From Nitrosococcus oceani ATCC 19707 (GTDB lineage: Bacteria; Pseudomonadota; Gammaproteobacteria; Nitrosococcales; Nitrosococcaceae), in contig NC_007484.1 of NCBI RefSeq assembly GCF_000012805.1, forward strand, positions 720,001 to 752,000: a stretch of 32,000 nt of DNA, given 5' to 3'. The position numbers and the translations under genes were made by a program. Positions 25,108 to 32,000 of the stretch are shown here, piece after piece (within the stretch, counting starts at the first letter, position 1; the number at the start of each line of letters is the position of its first letter). The notes under the pieces were generated by a model. That model was not told the DNA's origin. It saw nothing but the letters and a program-made list of their open reading frames with translations, and ran no database searches.

Positions 25108-25323
25108 CGCTCCTGGCCTCTGTGTATGGGGTAGCTTTAACGGATGAGATCGGGAATGTGCTCCCATATCTCTGGGTATTCCGCAAGTACAACTCCGGTT
25201 TTAATGTAATATGACTTTATACTCAGAATAGTCTGGCTCCTTCGCCTTACGGACCTGCACGTTCAGGAGAAGTACGAGCATAAATGGTAGAGCCTCATCC
25301 CAAGACCAGAACATACTCAATTT

Positions 25324-25367
25324 AATTCCTAGAATATACCTTTTCGGGGGGAATCTGAAAAAACCCC
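25324..25367. repeat. Left arm of an imperfect inverted repeat of about 44 bp
   Basis: The reverse complement of AATTCCTAGAATATACCTTTTCGGGGGGAATCTGAAAAAACCCC closely matches 25990-26033. Confidence 0.6.
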
Positions 25368-25493
25368 AACGTGCGGATCAGTTCAGAGGCTTGAACAATA
25401 CCTAGTTTAAGCGAACCGGCGATACGCATTGGCTTAGCGTACGTTTTCATTCCGTTGGACTTCAAACCCCATGTTCTATAGGAGGAAATGATT

Positions 25494-25760
25494 ATGAGAC
25501 TTCCGAAACAAGCAGAGGGCGTCATTCGTAACTCAGGAATATTTCCGCAAGAAACCTCTTGGAGAATAGGCGGAGAGGGTATACATGCAGATCGACTTGA
25601 AGGTGGGCAAGCACTTTTGATGATCCAGCTGGCGCGTATGGGAGATCTGGGAGAGCAAACATGCCGGCGGATATACGACCGATGTATTAGATACGGTGGA
25701 CGATGCTGGTCTTGCTTGGGCATATACACGGACTGCAGGGGTCTCGGTATTGAAATTTAG
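25494..25760 (+). CDS. Small Cys-rich hypothetical protein (88 aa)
   Basis: GGAGG lies 8 nt upstream of ATG 25494 (the track start 25488 is only 2 nt from the SD). The C-terminus is 'CRRIYDRCIRYGGRCWSCLGIYTDCRG'. It lies inside the IR-bounded unit. Coding status is unproven. Confidence 0.4.
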   Translation: MRLPKQAEGVIRNSGIFPQETSWRIGGEGIHADRLEGGQALLMIQLARMGDLGEQTCRRIYDRCIRYGGRCWSCLGIYTDCRGLGIEI

Positions 25761-25989
25761 AAGCAAGCTTGGGCGACACGGTCCTGGCTACATGGTCTAA
25801 TGCTTGCTGCTTTTTAGACTACTTAGTGACTTTATCCTCTCAGAGGCATGAAAATCGACACCGAATTCTGCTATGTTCGTCATTGCTGGATTTTGACCCA
25901 CCGGTGCTTGAAGCCGGTATTTACAGATCCTTTTTCGCCCTACGCTGCAGAGATGAAGTTAAATTACGCCAAGTAGTTATACCTTATAT

Positions 25990-26033
25990 GGGTTTTTTTG
26001 CAGATCCCCTCGAAAAGGTATATTCCAAAAATT
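25990..26033. repeat. Right arm of the inverted repeat
   Basis: GGGTTTTTTTGCAGATCCCCTCGAAAAGGTATATTCCAAAAATT; pairs with 25324-25367. Confidence 0.6.
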
Positions 26034-26149
26034 ATTCGGCTAAGTTCTGTTGAAGCGCGACCTGCGCTAATTTCTAAATGATGGCTGAGGTATCCTGAAA
26101 AAAATGGACACCCCTGATAGGTTAAAATAACTGATTGAGGAGGCAGAGA

Positions 26150-26416
26150 ATGGAACTTAAACAAGACGATACGCCGGAGTTTTGGGCAGAGGCGATGAAG
26201 CGAGTATTAGAGTATTATAAACAAGGGTTATCGTTGGCGGAGGCTGCCGAGCGGTTATCGATTCCGAAAGTGACCTTAACGACATGGGGTCAGCAAAGCC
26301 AAAGGGGGAAAGCGCCAGCGGCGCCACTCGTGCCTTGGCTACCTGGCCCCGGCTGTGTTTGCTCAAAACTTCCGCAAACCACAGGGGGTTACCTGAAACA
26401 GGAGCGTCCACGATGA
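26150..26416 (+). CDS. Small HTH protein (possibly a remnant of a transposase OrfA-type or regulator gene)
   Basis: GAGGAGG lies 6 nt upstream of ATG 26150. 'GLSLAEAAERLSIPKVTLTTW' is a helix-turn-helix. The C-terminal 35 aa look non-globular. The stop overlaps ATG 26413 (ATGA). Confidence 0.4.
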   Translation: MELKQDDTPEFWAEAMKRVLEYYKQGLSLAEAAERLSIPKVTLTTWGQQSQRGKAPAAPLVPWLPGPGCVCSKLPQTTGGYLKQERPR

Positions 26417-27936
26417 CCAGGACACCTCAGTCACGATTGAAGGTTTGGAGACCCATGCCATCGTCCACAGCCATGAAGCATCAGGATATCGGTTGGCATT
26501 TTGATAACACCTATGCGCAGCTGCCCGGCCACTTTTACACGAAGCTGCATCCGGTTCCTGTGCATGAACCACGCCTTGTCATTGTCAATAATGCCCTGGC
26601 AGAAGAACTAGGATTAAATTTCAAAGCCTCCTCTGAGGATGAATTAGCGCAGCTTTTTTCAGGCAATCAGCTTCCAGAAGGTGCAGAGCCTCTGGCGCAG
26701 GCCTACGCCGGGCATCAGTTTGGCCATTTTACCTATTTGGGTGATGGGCGGGCCCATTTAATCGGCGAGCATCTCACCCCAGACGGCAAACGGGTGGATA
26801 TTCAGTTCAAAGGCTCGGGCCAAACACCCTATGCCCGGCGCGGTGATGGGCGTGCAGCGTTAGGTCCGATGCTGCGAGAGTATATCATCAGCGAAGCCAT
26901 GCATGCGCTGGGCATCCCTACCACCCGTAGTCTTGCGATAGCCACCACCGGCGAATCTGTTTACCGGGAAACGGTACTGCAAGGAGCGATTCTGACCCGC
27001 GTCGCATCCAGTCACTTGCGTGTGGGCACATTTGAATATCTGGCCGCACAAGAAGATAAAGCAGGCCTGAAGCAACTTACTGATTATGCTATACAGCGCC
27101 ATTATCCAGAAATAATAGACTCTGATACCCCCTATCTTGAGCTGCTCAAGGCCGTCATGGCTTGCCAGATAAAACTTATCACCGAATGGCTGCGAGTAGG
27201 GTTTATTCACGGCGTGATGAACACGGACAATATGGCCGTTTCCTGTCAGACCATTGATTATGGTCCCTGTGCATTCATGGATAACTATGATCCCAACACC
27301 GTGTTCAGCTCCATCGACCACATGGGGCGTTATGCCTATGCCAATCAGCCCCGTATCGCGCAGTGGAACTTAGCACGGTTTGCTGAAGCTATCCTTCCGC
27401 TACTGCATGAAAATATTGAGAAGGCTGCCGCCATGGCAGAGGAAGCCATCCAGTCATTCAAGGCATTATTTCAGCAGGAATGGCTAGCCATGATGCGTCG
27501 CAAGCTGGGGCTGTTCGGTGAAGAAAAAGAAGATATGGAATTCATCACCGGGCTCCTGCAATGGATGCAGCGCAGTCATGCGGATTATACCAATACATTC
27601 CGTGATTTGATGGATGAGCATTTTCCCGAAGAGCCACACTATCAGGATCAAGAATTCAAACATTGGTACGATAGATGGCAACAGCGGCTGGAACATAACA
27701 CCAAACCGTTCCCATCCTCCCTGTGCCTCATGGGTGCGACCAACCCGGTGGTCATACCCCGTAATCATCGTGTAGAAGCAGCGCTTAACGCTGTAGAACA
27801 GAACGCTGACTTCTCAAAACTACATGAATTGCTGGATGTGCTGTCTGAGCCCTATAAAGATAAAGAGAAATACACTGAATTCAAAAACCCTCCTGCGCCG
27901 AAAGAACGTGTGTCCCAAACCTTTTGTGGTACTTGA
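26413..27936 (+). CDS. selO: SelO/YdiU protein adenylyltransferase (AMPylase)
   Basis: 'HQFGHFTYLGDGRAHLIGE', 'QFKGSGQTPYARRGDGRAALGPMLREYIISEAMHALGIPTTRSLA' and 'HGVMNTDNMAVSCQTIDYGPCAFMD' are close to E. coli/Pseudomonas SelO. The start is uncertain. ATG 26413 has AGGAG 8 nt upstream, but homology to known N-termini favours ATG 26473 (or 26455). Confidence 0.9.
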   Translation: MTRTPQSRLKVWRPMPSSTAMKHQDIGWHFDNTYAQLPGHFYTKLHPVPVHEPRLVIVNNALAEELGLNFKASSEDELAQLFSGNQLPEGAEPLAQAYAGHQFGHFTYLGDGRAHLIGEHLTPDGKRVDIQFKGSGQTPYARRGDGRAALGPMLREYIISEAMHALGIPTTRSLAIATTGESVYRETVLQGAILTRVASSHLRVGTFEYLAAQEDKAGLKQLTDYAIQRHYPEIIDSDTPYLELLKAVMACQIKLITEWLRVGFIHGVMNTDNMAVSCQTIDYGPCAFMDNYDPNTVFSSIDHMGRYAYANQPRIAQWNLARFAEAILPLLHENIEKAAAMAEEAIQSFKALFQQEWLAMMRRKLGLFGEEKEDMEFITGLLQWMQRSHADYTNTFRDLMDEHFPEEPHYQDQEFKHWYDRWQQRLEHNTKPFPSSLCLMGATNPVVIPRNHRVEAALNAVEQNADFSKLHELLDVLSEPYKDKEKYTEFKNPPAPKERVSQTFCGT

Positions 27937-28099
27937 TAAGTCTCTGTTGCAAAAACTCTGTCATCGGGCGAGGATGGGGAGCATCAATAACTGCGGGGTA
28001 ATCATGCTGCCTGCTTGAGTTCATCGGTCTCATCATGACAGTCAAAGCCCAGGGTACCATTCGGCAAATCTTGTCTTCAGCTCGCCGTTTTAAGATTCG

Positions 28100-28129
28100 G
28101 GCGCGCATTTGCAGCAATAGATGCGCGCC
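28100..28129 (+). terminator. GC-rich hairpin GGCGCGCAT-(12 nt)-ATGCGCGCC followed by TTTGTG
   Basis: Read from the sequence. It lies about 160 nt downstream of the selO stop, so assignment to selO is uncertain. Confidence 0.35.
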
Positions 28130-28468
28130 TTTGTGCGACCATTTTAGCTAGCTTACCCAAGTGTTTGTATCGTGTTCGAGCGCTTCGGCTTGCCAATCCA
28201 GATCTTCAATTTCTTCCCGGGCCTCGTAGACATTACCGTGCCAGAGGTATCACTTGATGCTATCTGGCCTAGTTACAGCGAAGCTGTCATACGGTGCCCA
28301 ATAAACTTTCTCTAATATTGGTTAAATTTCAACAAAGGTACGAAACGCGGCATAGGAATTTCGATAAGTAACAGAAACTTATAGGATTTTAGGTTTATCT
28401 CAGCCCCCAAATTTTGCCCGCAAAATATGGCTAAATTTTAGGAGTAGTAAAGTTACTGAAAATCTATT

Positions 28469-28624
28469 TTTATCATAAGCTTATCAAAGATCCGGAAAGT
28501 CTTGGCAGCGAAGGCGAAGAACGACTTGATCGAGGTCTGAACGTATGTTGCACAGGAGAATGCGGCGAGCGCCGACCAGTTGCTCAATGAGATTGATATC
28601 AAGTTTCCTAAGGCATTGAAATAA
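28469..28624 (+). pseudogene. ParE-like toxin relic (N-terminal ~45 codons, nonsense codon)
   Basis: The frame reads 'KVLAAKAKNDLIEV*TYVAQENAASADQLLNEIDIKFPKALK*'. Compare the ParE pattern 'A.aDL..IWtYi......aA......i......L'. TGA at 28538-28540 occupies the conserved Trp position. No start codon is present and the C-terminal half is absent. Confidence 0.4.
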
Positions 28625-28730
28625 TGCGCCTCGTTCATGAGGCACGATAGCTGGATCGACTTTTGCTGTAGACATTTCTTCCGGGCGGCGGTGCTCTGTT
28701 TGCGTTTATTGCGGGCCGCTACTGCTGTCC

Positions 28731-28982
28731 TTAGTTATCGGTCGGGGGGCCGTAATTAGCGCGGTATTCCTGGTGCTCTGGACATTCGGCCACCAGCCTC
28801 ATGGCTTCGAGCATGCTGCGTTCCCAGGCGCCAGGACGCCGACTGCCGTCGGCGACACTGGCAAGAATGTAGGCGAGCAGGTCGGACACGTTGTCGAACG
28901 GATTCGGCGCACCGGCTTTCTTATGTAAGGTGATCATGTACGCAAGATCTTTGAGTACGCCAGGGGAAATTTCAATCTGCAT
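28731..28982 (-). CDS. Hypothetical protein (83 aa)
   Basis: GGAGG lies 8 nt upstream of ATG 28982 (the track start 29003 is less likely). It is co-directional with and downstream of brnA. I recognise no family. Confidence 0.55.
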   Translation of the reverse strand: MQIEISPGVLKDLAYMITLHKKAGAPNPFDNVSDLLAYILASVADGSRRPGAWERSMLEAMRLVAECPEHQEYRANYGPPTDN

Positions 28983-29038
28983 AAACACAACCTCCAGGCA
29001 CAATAATAAAAAACCCAGCCAGCTCGACCCGGCGCAGG

Positions 29039-29335
29039 CTACCGCCCCTCATCCCGGTGGGCTTCATAGTAAGCCCGCAAAACCGCATTAATCCGGCTTT
29101 GGTAACCTTTGCCCTGTGCCTTCATCCAGTCCAATACGTCTGCATCTATCCGCAAGGTCAGTTGCTTTTTTCCGGGGGGCATCACCACCTTGGCATTTTC
29201 AAAAAAACGCGCGTCCAGCTCCGGAATATCGCTGCAATCAATATCTTCGTCCTTCATGGCATCCAGCCGCTTCCAATCAGTTTGACTTTGTTCCAGCCCT
29301 TCGCCTAATTTCATTCTCGTAATATGCTTGCTCAT
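29039..29335 (-). CDS. brnA: BrnA-family (DUF4415-like) antitoxin
   Basis: 'TDWKRLDAMKDEDIDCSDIPELDARFFENAKVVMPPGKKQLTLRIDADVLDWMKAQGKGYQSRINAVLRAYYEA' matches the BrnA pattern (tDw.rl.amtDeeID.sDiPEl ... K..vtlRlD.dvl.wfka.G.GYQtriNavLR). Confidence 0.8.
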   Translation of the reverse strand: MSKHITRMKLGEGLEQSQTDWKRLDAMKDEDIDCSDIPELDARFFENAKVVMPPGKKQLTLRIDADVLDWMKAQGKGYQSRINAVLRAYYEAHRDEGR

Positions 29336-29571
29336 TTTTTCTCGCCTTTCTGGCGCTAATCAAGCGCCGCTTTATCTCCTCGCCATGTGTAAATTACCGT
29401 GATGCAACGATCAGCCAGCATCCCAATAGCAATGATCCGGGCTTCACCATGCCCTGCTTGCGGGGAAAATATTTCCACAACCGGCCCTTGCCAAATATCC
29501 TTGGCATCCAGGAAATCGAGGCTGTGCTTATCGAGGTTGCGTTGTCATTTTTCTTCGTGCCATTCAAACAC
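29277..29571 (-). pseudogene. brnT: BrnT-family (DUF497) toxin, in-frame TGA plus a frameshift
   Basis: The minus strand from GTG 29571 reads 'VFEWHEEK*QRNLDKHSLDFLDAKDIWQGPVVEIFSPQAGHGEARIIAIGMLADRCITVIYTWRG'. The hallmark C-terminus 'RRLISARKARKNEQAYYE' is in a different frame. The TGA is at 29545-29547 and the shift is near 29374-29382. Confidence 0.7.
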
Positions 29572-29748
29572 GGCCTATTCTTTTAATGTAACTACAAATG
29601 TAGTTTTTATAGCCGCCTTTGTCAAGCAAAAAAGTAGCATCTGCTCACGCGGACACCTCAGATTGGAGCGACATATCGTAGCTGAACGTCTAGAACGGGG
29701 TTTCTGGGAAAAGGGTTCTATTCCAACAGAAGTACAAAACGCGACATA

Positions 29749-29786
29749 AGGGCAGCACCCAGATTACTGTAAAAATACACGCTAAG
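29749..29786. repeat. Degenerate Tn3-family 38-bp terminal inverted repeat
   Basis: AGGGCAGCACCCAGATTACTGTAAAAATACACGCTAAG is a copy of the IR at 31543-31580, at a constant offset of 1794 nt. The inner half is identical and the outer half has diverged. Confidence 0.6.
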
Positions 29787-29804
29787 GATTTTGGGTAGCA
29801 CGGC

Positions 29805-29940
29805 TCATACTCTATTGGTCTTTTCTTGCGCCTCCCGGACATAGCTATAGAGGGTGGACTTTGAAATCCCCATCATCTCGCAGATTTTCGTGACCGGCAG
29901 CTTCTTCACTTCATACAGAGAAACCACCAACGCCCGCTTG
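29805..29940 (-). pseudogene. 3' fragment (HTH domain, ~45 codons) of a serine resolvase, truncated by IS6
   Basis: Near-identical to 31599-31734. Homology stops exactly at the IS6-family IR (29941). Confidence 0.8.
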
Positions 29941-30760
29941 GGCGCTGTTGCAAAATCGGAGAAAGGGTACAGAAGATCTGCTGGCTCTGGTCGTCAGATT
30001 GAATAGATGCCGAATTGGCGGTTGATCAGGCGCACTTCGCCCATAACGCTGTCATCATAGCGCCATGGGGCGGTCTGACCTTTGCGCAAGGCGTTCATTA
30101 CCTCGTAACCCTTGAGCATAGCCATAGGCCGTCTTCATCGATTTGAATTCCAGTGTCGGCTTGCCATGATCAGCCTCGACAATGTTGTTGAGGTATTTCA
30201 CCTGACGATGCTGCGTCTCCAGCGGACACCTACCCTCCGCCTTCAGTTCGGTAATGGCGGGCCCATAAGCCTGTGCCTTGTCGGTGTTGATGGTTTCCGG
30301 CTTTTCCCCATCCTTCAAACCGGCCAGCGCTTTGCCCAGGAAGCGTTTGGCCGCCTCGGCATTGCGCGTGGACGACAGATAGAAGTCGATTGTGTCACCG
30401 CGCTTGTCGACGGCCCGATAGAGATAGACCCACTTGCCCTTGACCTTCACATAGGTTTCGTCAACCCGCCAGCTGCACCACATCGACGGTCGTTTCCAAT
30501 ACCAGCGCAGGCGCTTTTCCATCTCTGGCGCATAGTGTGCTGCACCCATCGATAGATTGTCGTGTGATCAACCTCGACGCCGCGTTCGCACAGCATGTCT
30601 TCAAGATCGGGGTAGCTGACCCCGTATTTGCAATACCAACGCACTGCCCAGAGGATCACCTCGCCGCGAAAATGACGCCATTTGAAATCGCTCATAAAAC
30701 ACCTGCCTCAAACCATCCGCGGCTCAGATTGCACAATCACCAACTTTTTGTAACAGGAGC
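29941..30760 (-). mobile_element. IS6-family (IS26-like) insertion sequence, 820 bp, decayed
   Basis: Ends are GGCGCTGTTGCAAA (29941-) and TTTGTAACAGGAGC (-30760); compare the IS26 IR GGCACTGTTGCAAA. The 820-bp length is typical of IS6 elements. Confidence 0.85.
29994..30695 (-). pseudogene. IS6-family transposase with at least two frameshifts and a small internal deletion
   Basis: 'MSDFKWRHFRGEVILWAVRWYCKYGVSYPDLEDMLCERGVEVDHTTIYRWVQH' (track 30447..30695) continues in another frame as 'YAPEMEKRLRWYW...DETYVKVKGKWVYLYRAVD...' (track 30055..30549). The C-terminus 'KGYEVMNALRKGQTAPWRYDD...' lies in a third frame. Close to the IS26 Tnp26 sequence. Confidence 0.85.
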
Positions 30761-31056
30761 ATGACTGGCGAGGCGACGGTATTCCTTACAAAAATGGCAA
30801 GCGCCGGGAAGCATTCAACATTGTCTTGTCCATGCCTCCAGGAACAGATCGTGTTTCAGTTAAGAGGGCGGCCATGACGTTTGTGGCAGAGCTATTCGGC
30901 AACCATCAGTATGTTTTCGCTGCACACGACGATGAGAAACACCTGCACGTTCACCTATCGATCAAGGCTGTTGATCATGATGGCATACGACTTAATCTTA
31001 ATCCAGGCACGGCCGATATAAAACCGATTAAAGGAGCTCTTTTTATTTTTATATAG
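30761..31056 (+). pseudogene. Relaxase (MOB) fragment, truncated at both ends
   Basis: 'EAFNIVLSMPPGTDRVSVKRAAMTFVAELFGNHQYVFAAHDDEKHLHVHLSIKAVDHDG' contains the relaxase histidine triad (H.D...H.H). It begins at the IS6 boundary, has no start codon, and loses similarity after about 31010. Confidence 0.6.
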
Positions 31057-31064
31057 GAGAAATA

Positions 31065-31481
31065 ATGAAAACTTGGTTAGTTAACACGAATATAAGACCT
31101 GAAAATGGCAATCCGAATGCCTTTAAATACATGCTACGCCAAAACAAAGCAGCAGCTTTCTACGGGAGAGCCGTAGAAATAGATAATATTTGTAGGGGTG
31201 ATTTGGTGTGCTTATACCATAATGACAATCGTATTATTGCAGTAGGCGCAGTTGTAGAACCTTATCAAGGACACGATTTCGAAGAGATGGAATTAATTGA
31301 GCATTGGGTTGATGTTAATTGGCTCTGGAAAGCCGATTTTAACGATAGCTTTGAGCCTCTAAATTCTATCGATCGGCGTGAATTAGGTATCAAGATGGTA
31401 AATGGCACTGTGATTAATATCACCGACCAAGTTAATTATAAAGAACTACTTACGCAAATCGCGCAACGCCCAATCTTTTAA
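31065..31481 (+). CDS. Hypothetical protein (138 aa), low-GC orphan; possible PUA-like (EVE/ASCH-type) fold
   Basis: AGGAG lies upstream of ATG 31065. The gene is clearly AT-richer than its surroundings. 'KTWLVNTN...GDLVCLYHNDNRIIAVGAVVEP' resembles the WL...GD.v..YH....I.a.G.V pattern of EVE/ASCH domains; this similarity is weak and untested. Confidence 0.7.
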   Translation: MKTWLVNTNIRPENGNPNAFKYMLRQNKAAAFYGRAVEIDNICRGDLVCLYHNDNRIIAVGAVVEPYQGHDFEEMELIEHWVDVNWLWKADFNDSFEPLNSIDRRELGIKMVNGTVINITDQVNYKELLTQIAQRPIF

Positions 31482-31542
31482 AATAACTATGAAACTCTCA
31501 ATAATTTAAGTTATCGGCACATAAGAAAAATAATACAGGAAT

Positions 31543-31580
31543 GGGGTAGCGCCCAGCTCGCTGTAAAAATACACGCTAAG
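31543..31580. repeat. Tn3-family 38-bp terminal inverted repeat (outer end at 31543)
   Basis: GGGGTAGCGCCCAGCTCGCTGTAAAAATACACGCTAAG is exactly 38 bp. It starts with GGGG and ends with ACGCTAAG, as Tn21/Tn501-type IRs do. It lies 18 nt from the 3' end of the resolvase gene. Confidence 0.7.
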
Positions 31581-31598
31581 GATTTTGGTTAGCACAAC

Positions 31599-32000
31599 TC
31601 ATACTCTATTGGTCTTTTCTTGCGCCTCCCGGACATAGCTATAGAGAGTGGGCTTTGAAATCCCCATCATCTCGCAGATTTTCGTGACCGGCAATTTCTT
31701 CTCTTCATAGAGAGACACCACCAACGCCCGCTTATCGGAATTGAGGGACTTGCGCCGACCCCCCAAGCGACCTCGCGCCCGCGCCGCTGCCAGACCCGCC
31801 TGGGTGCGCTCCTGAATGAGATTCCGCTCGAACTCCGCCAAGGCCCCGAACAGATGAAAGGTCAGCCTGCCGGTGGGCGTGGTGGTATCAATCGACTCAT
31901 GCAGGCTTTGCAGTCCCACCCTCTGTGCATCGAGGGTGCGTATCTGCTCGATCAGATCGCGCAACGAGCGGCCCAGCCGATCCAGCCGCCAGACCACCAG
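31599..32000 (-). CDS. tnpR: Serine recombinase/resolvase (Tn3-family TnpR-like), partial; the N-terminus lies beyond the window edge
   Basis: 'VVWRLDRLGRSLRDLIEQIRTLDAQRVGLQSLHESIDTTTPTGRLTFHLFGALAEFERNLIQERTQAGLAAARARGRLGGR' plus the C-terminal HTH 'ICEMMGISKPTLYSYV'. The ORF is open to position 32000. Confidence 0.9.
   Translation of the reverse strand: MVVWRLDRLGRSLRDLIEQIRTLDAQRVGLQSLHESIDTTTPTGRLTFHLFGALAEFERNLIQERTQAGLAAARARGRLGGRRKSLNSDKRALVVSLYEEKKLPVTKICEMMGISKPTLYSYVREAQEKTNRV

Noticed and set aside
29399-29749. 116-aa plus-strand ORF
   Set aside because: It is antisense to the brnT relic and extends into non-coding DNA. It has a Cys/Ser-rich composition and no SD.
30112-30555. 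147-aa plus-strand ORF inside the IS6 element
   Set aside because: It is antisense to the clearly recognisable (frameshifted) IS6 transposase.

Overview
This window is a mosaic accessory region, probably gammaproteobacterial judging by a cpxRA/cpxP-type locus, selO and ICE-type genes. No database search was possible. All calls rest on motifs read from the supplied translations and on direct comparison of the DNA.

Layout:
(1) 29-10066: a tightly packed same-strand operon. It encodes a GrpE-like protein, a non-canonical 830-aa Hsp70, a classical AAA+ ATPase, a single-pass membrane protein with a peptidoglycan-binding domain and four Cys-pair repeats, and a zinc-ribbon/degenerate J-domain protein. 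A last small gene is split by an IS5-family element. This is my best candidate for an undescribed system.
(2) 10129-11812: a helical hypothetical protein plus an orphan HTH antitoxin. A decayed paralogous copy of this module lies at about 21740-22715.
(3) 12212-14965: divergent cpxRA / cpxP-like envelope-stress locus.
(4) 15288-20723: a LysR relic, a 5'-truncated RES-domain gene, a DEDDh exonuclease broken by a 7-bp tandem duplication, and an intact 1253-aa protein without an NTPase motif. The last three genes are joined by TAATG stop/start overlaps. This is the second candidate system, and it is visibly decaying.
(5) 20989-24708: ICE remnants (RAQPRD protein, DUF3262-like and TIGR03745-like fragments), a ParB pseudogene and a tyrosine recombinase.
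(6) 25324-26033: a unit of about 0.7 kb bounded by 44-bp inverted repeats, with a small Cys-rich ORF.
(7) 26413-27936: selO.
(8) 28469-32000: ParE relic, brnT pseudogene/brnA, two Tn3-family terminal repeats, a truncated resolvase copy, a decayed 820-bp IS6-family element, a relaxase fragment, a low-GC orphan gene and a partial resolvase running off the window.

I found no tRNA, rRNA or CRISPR array.
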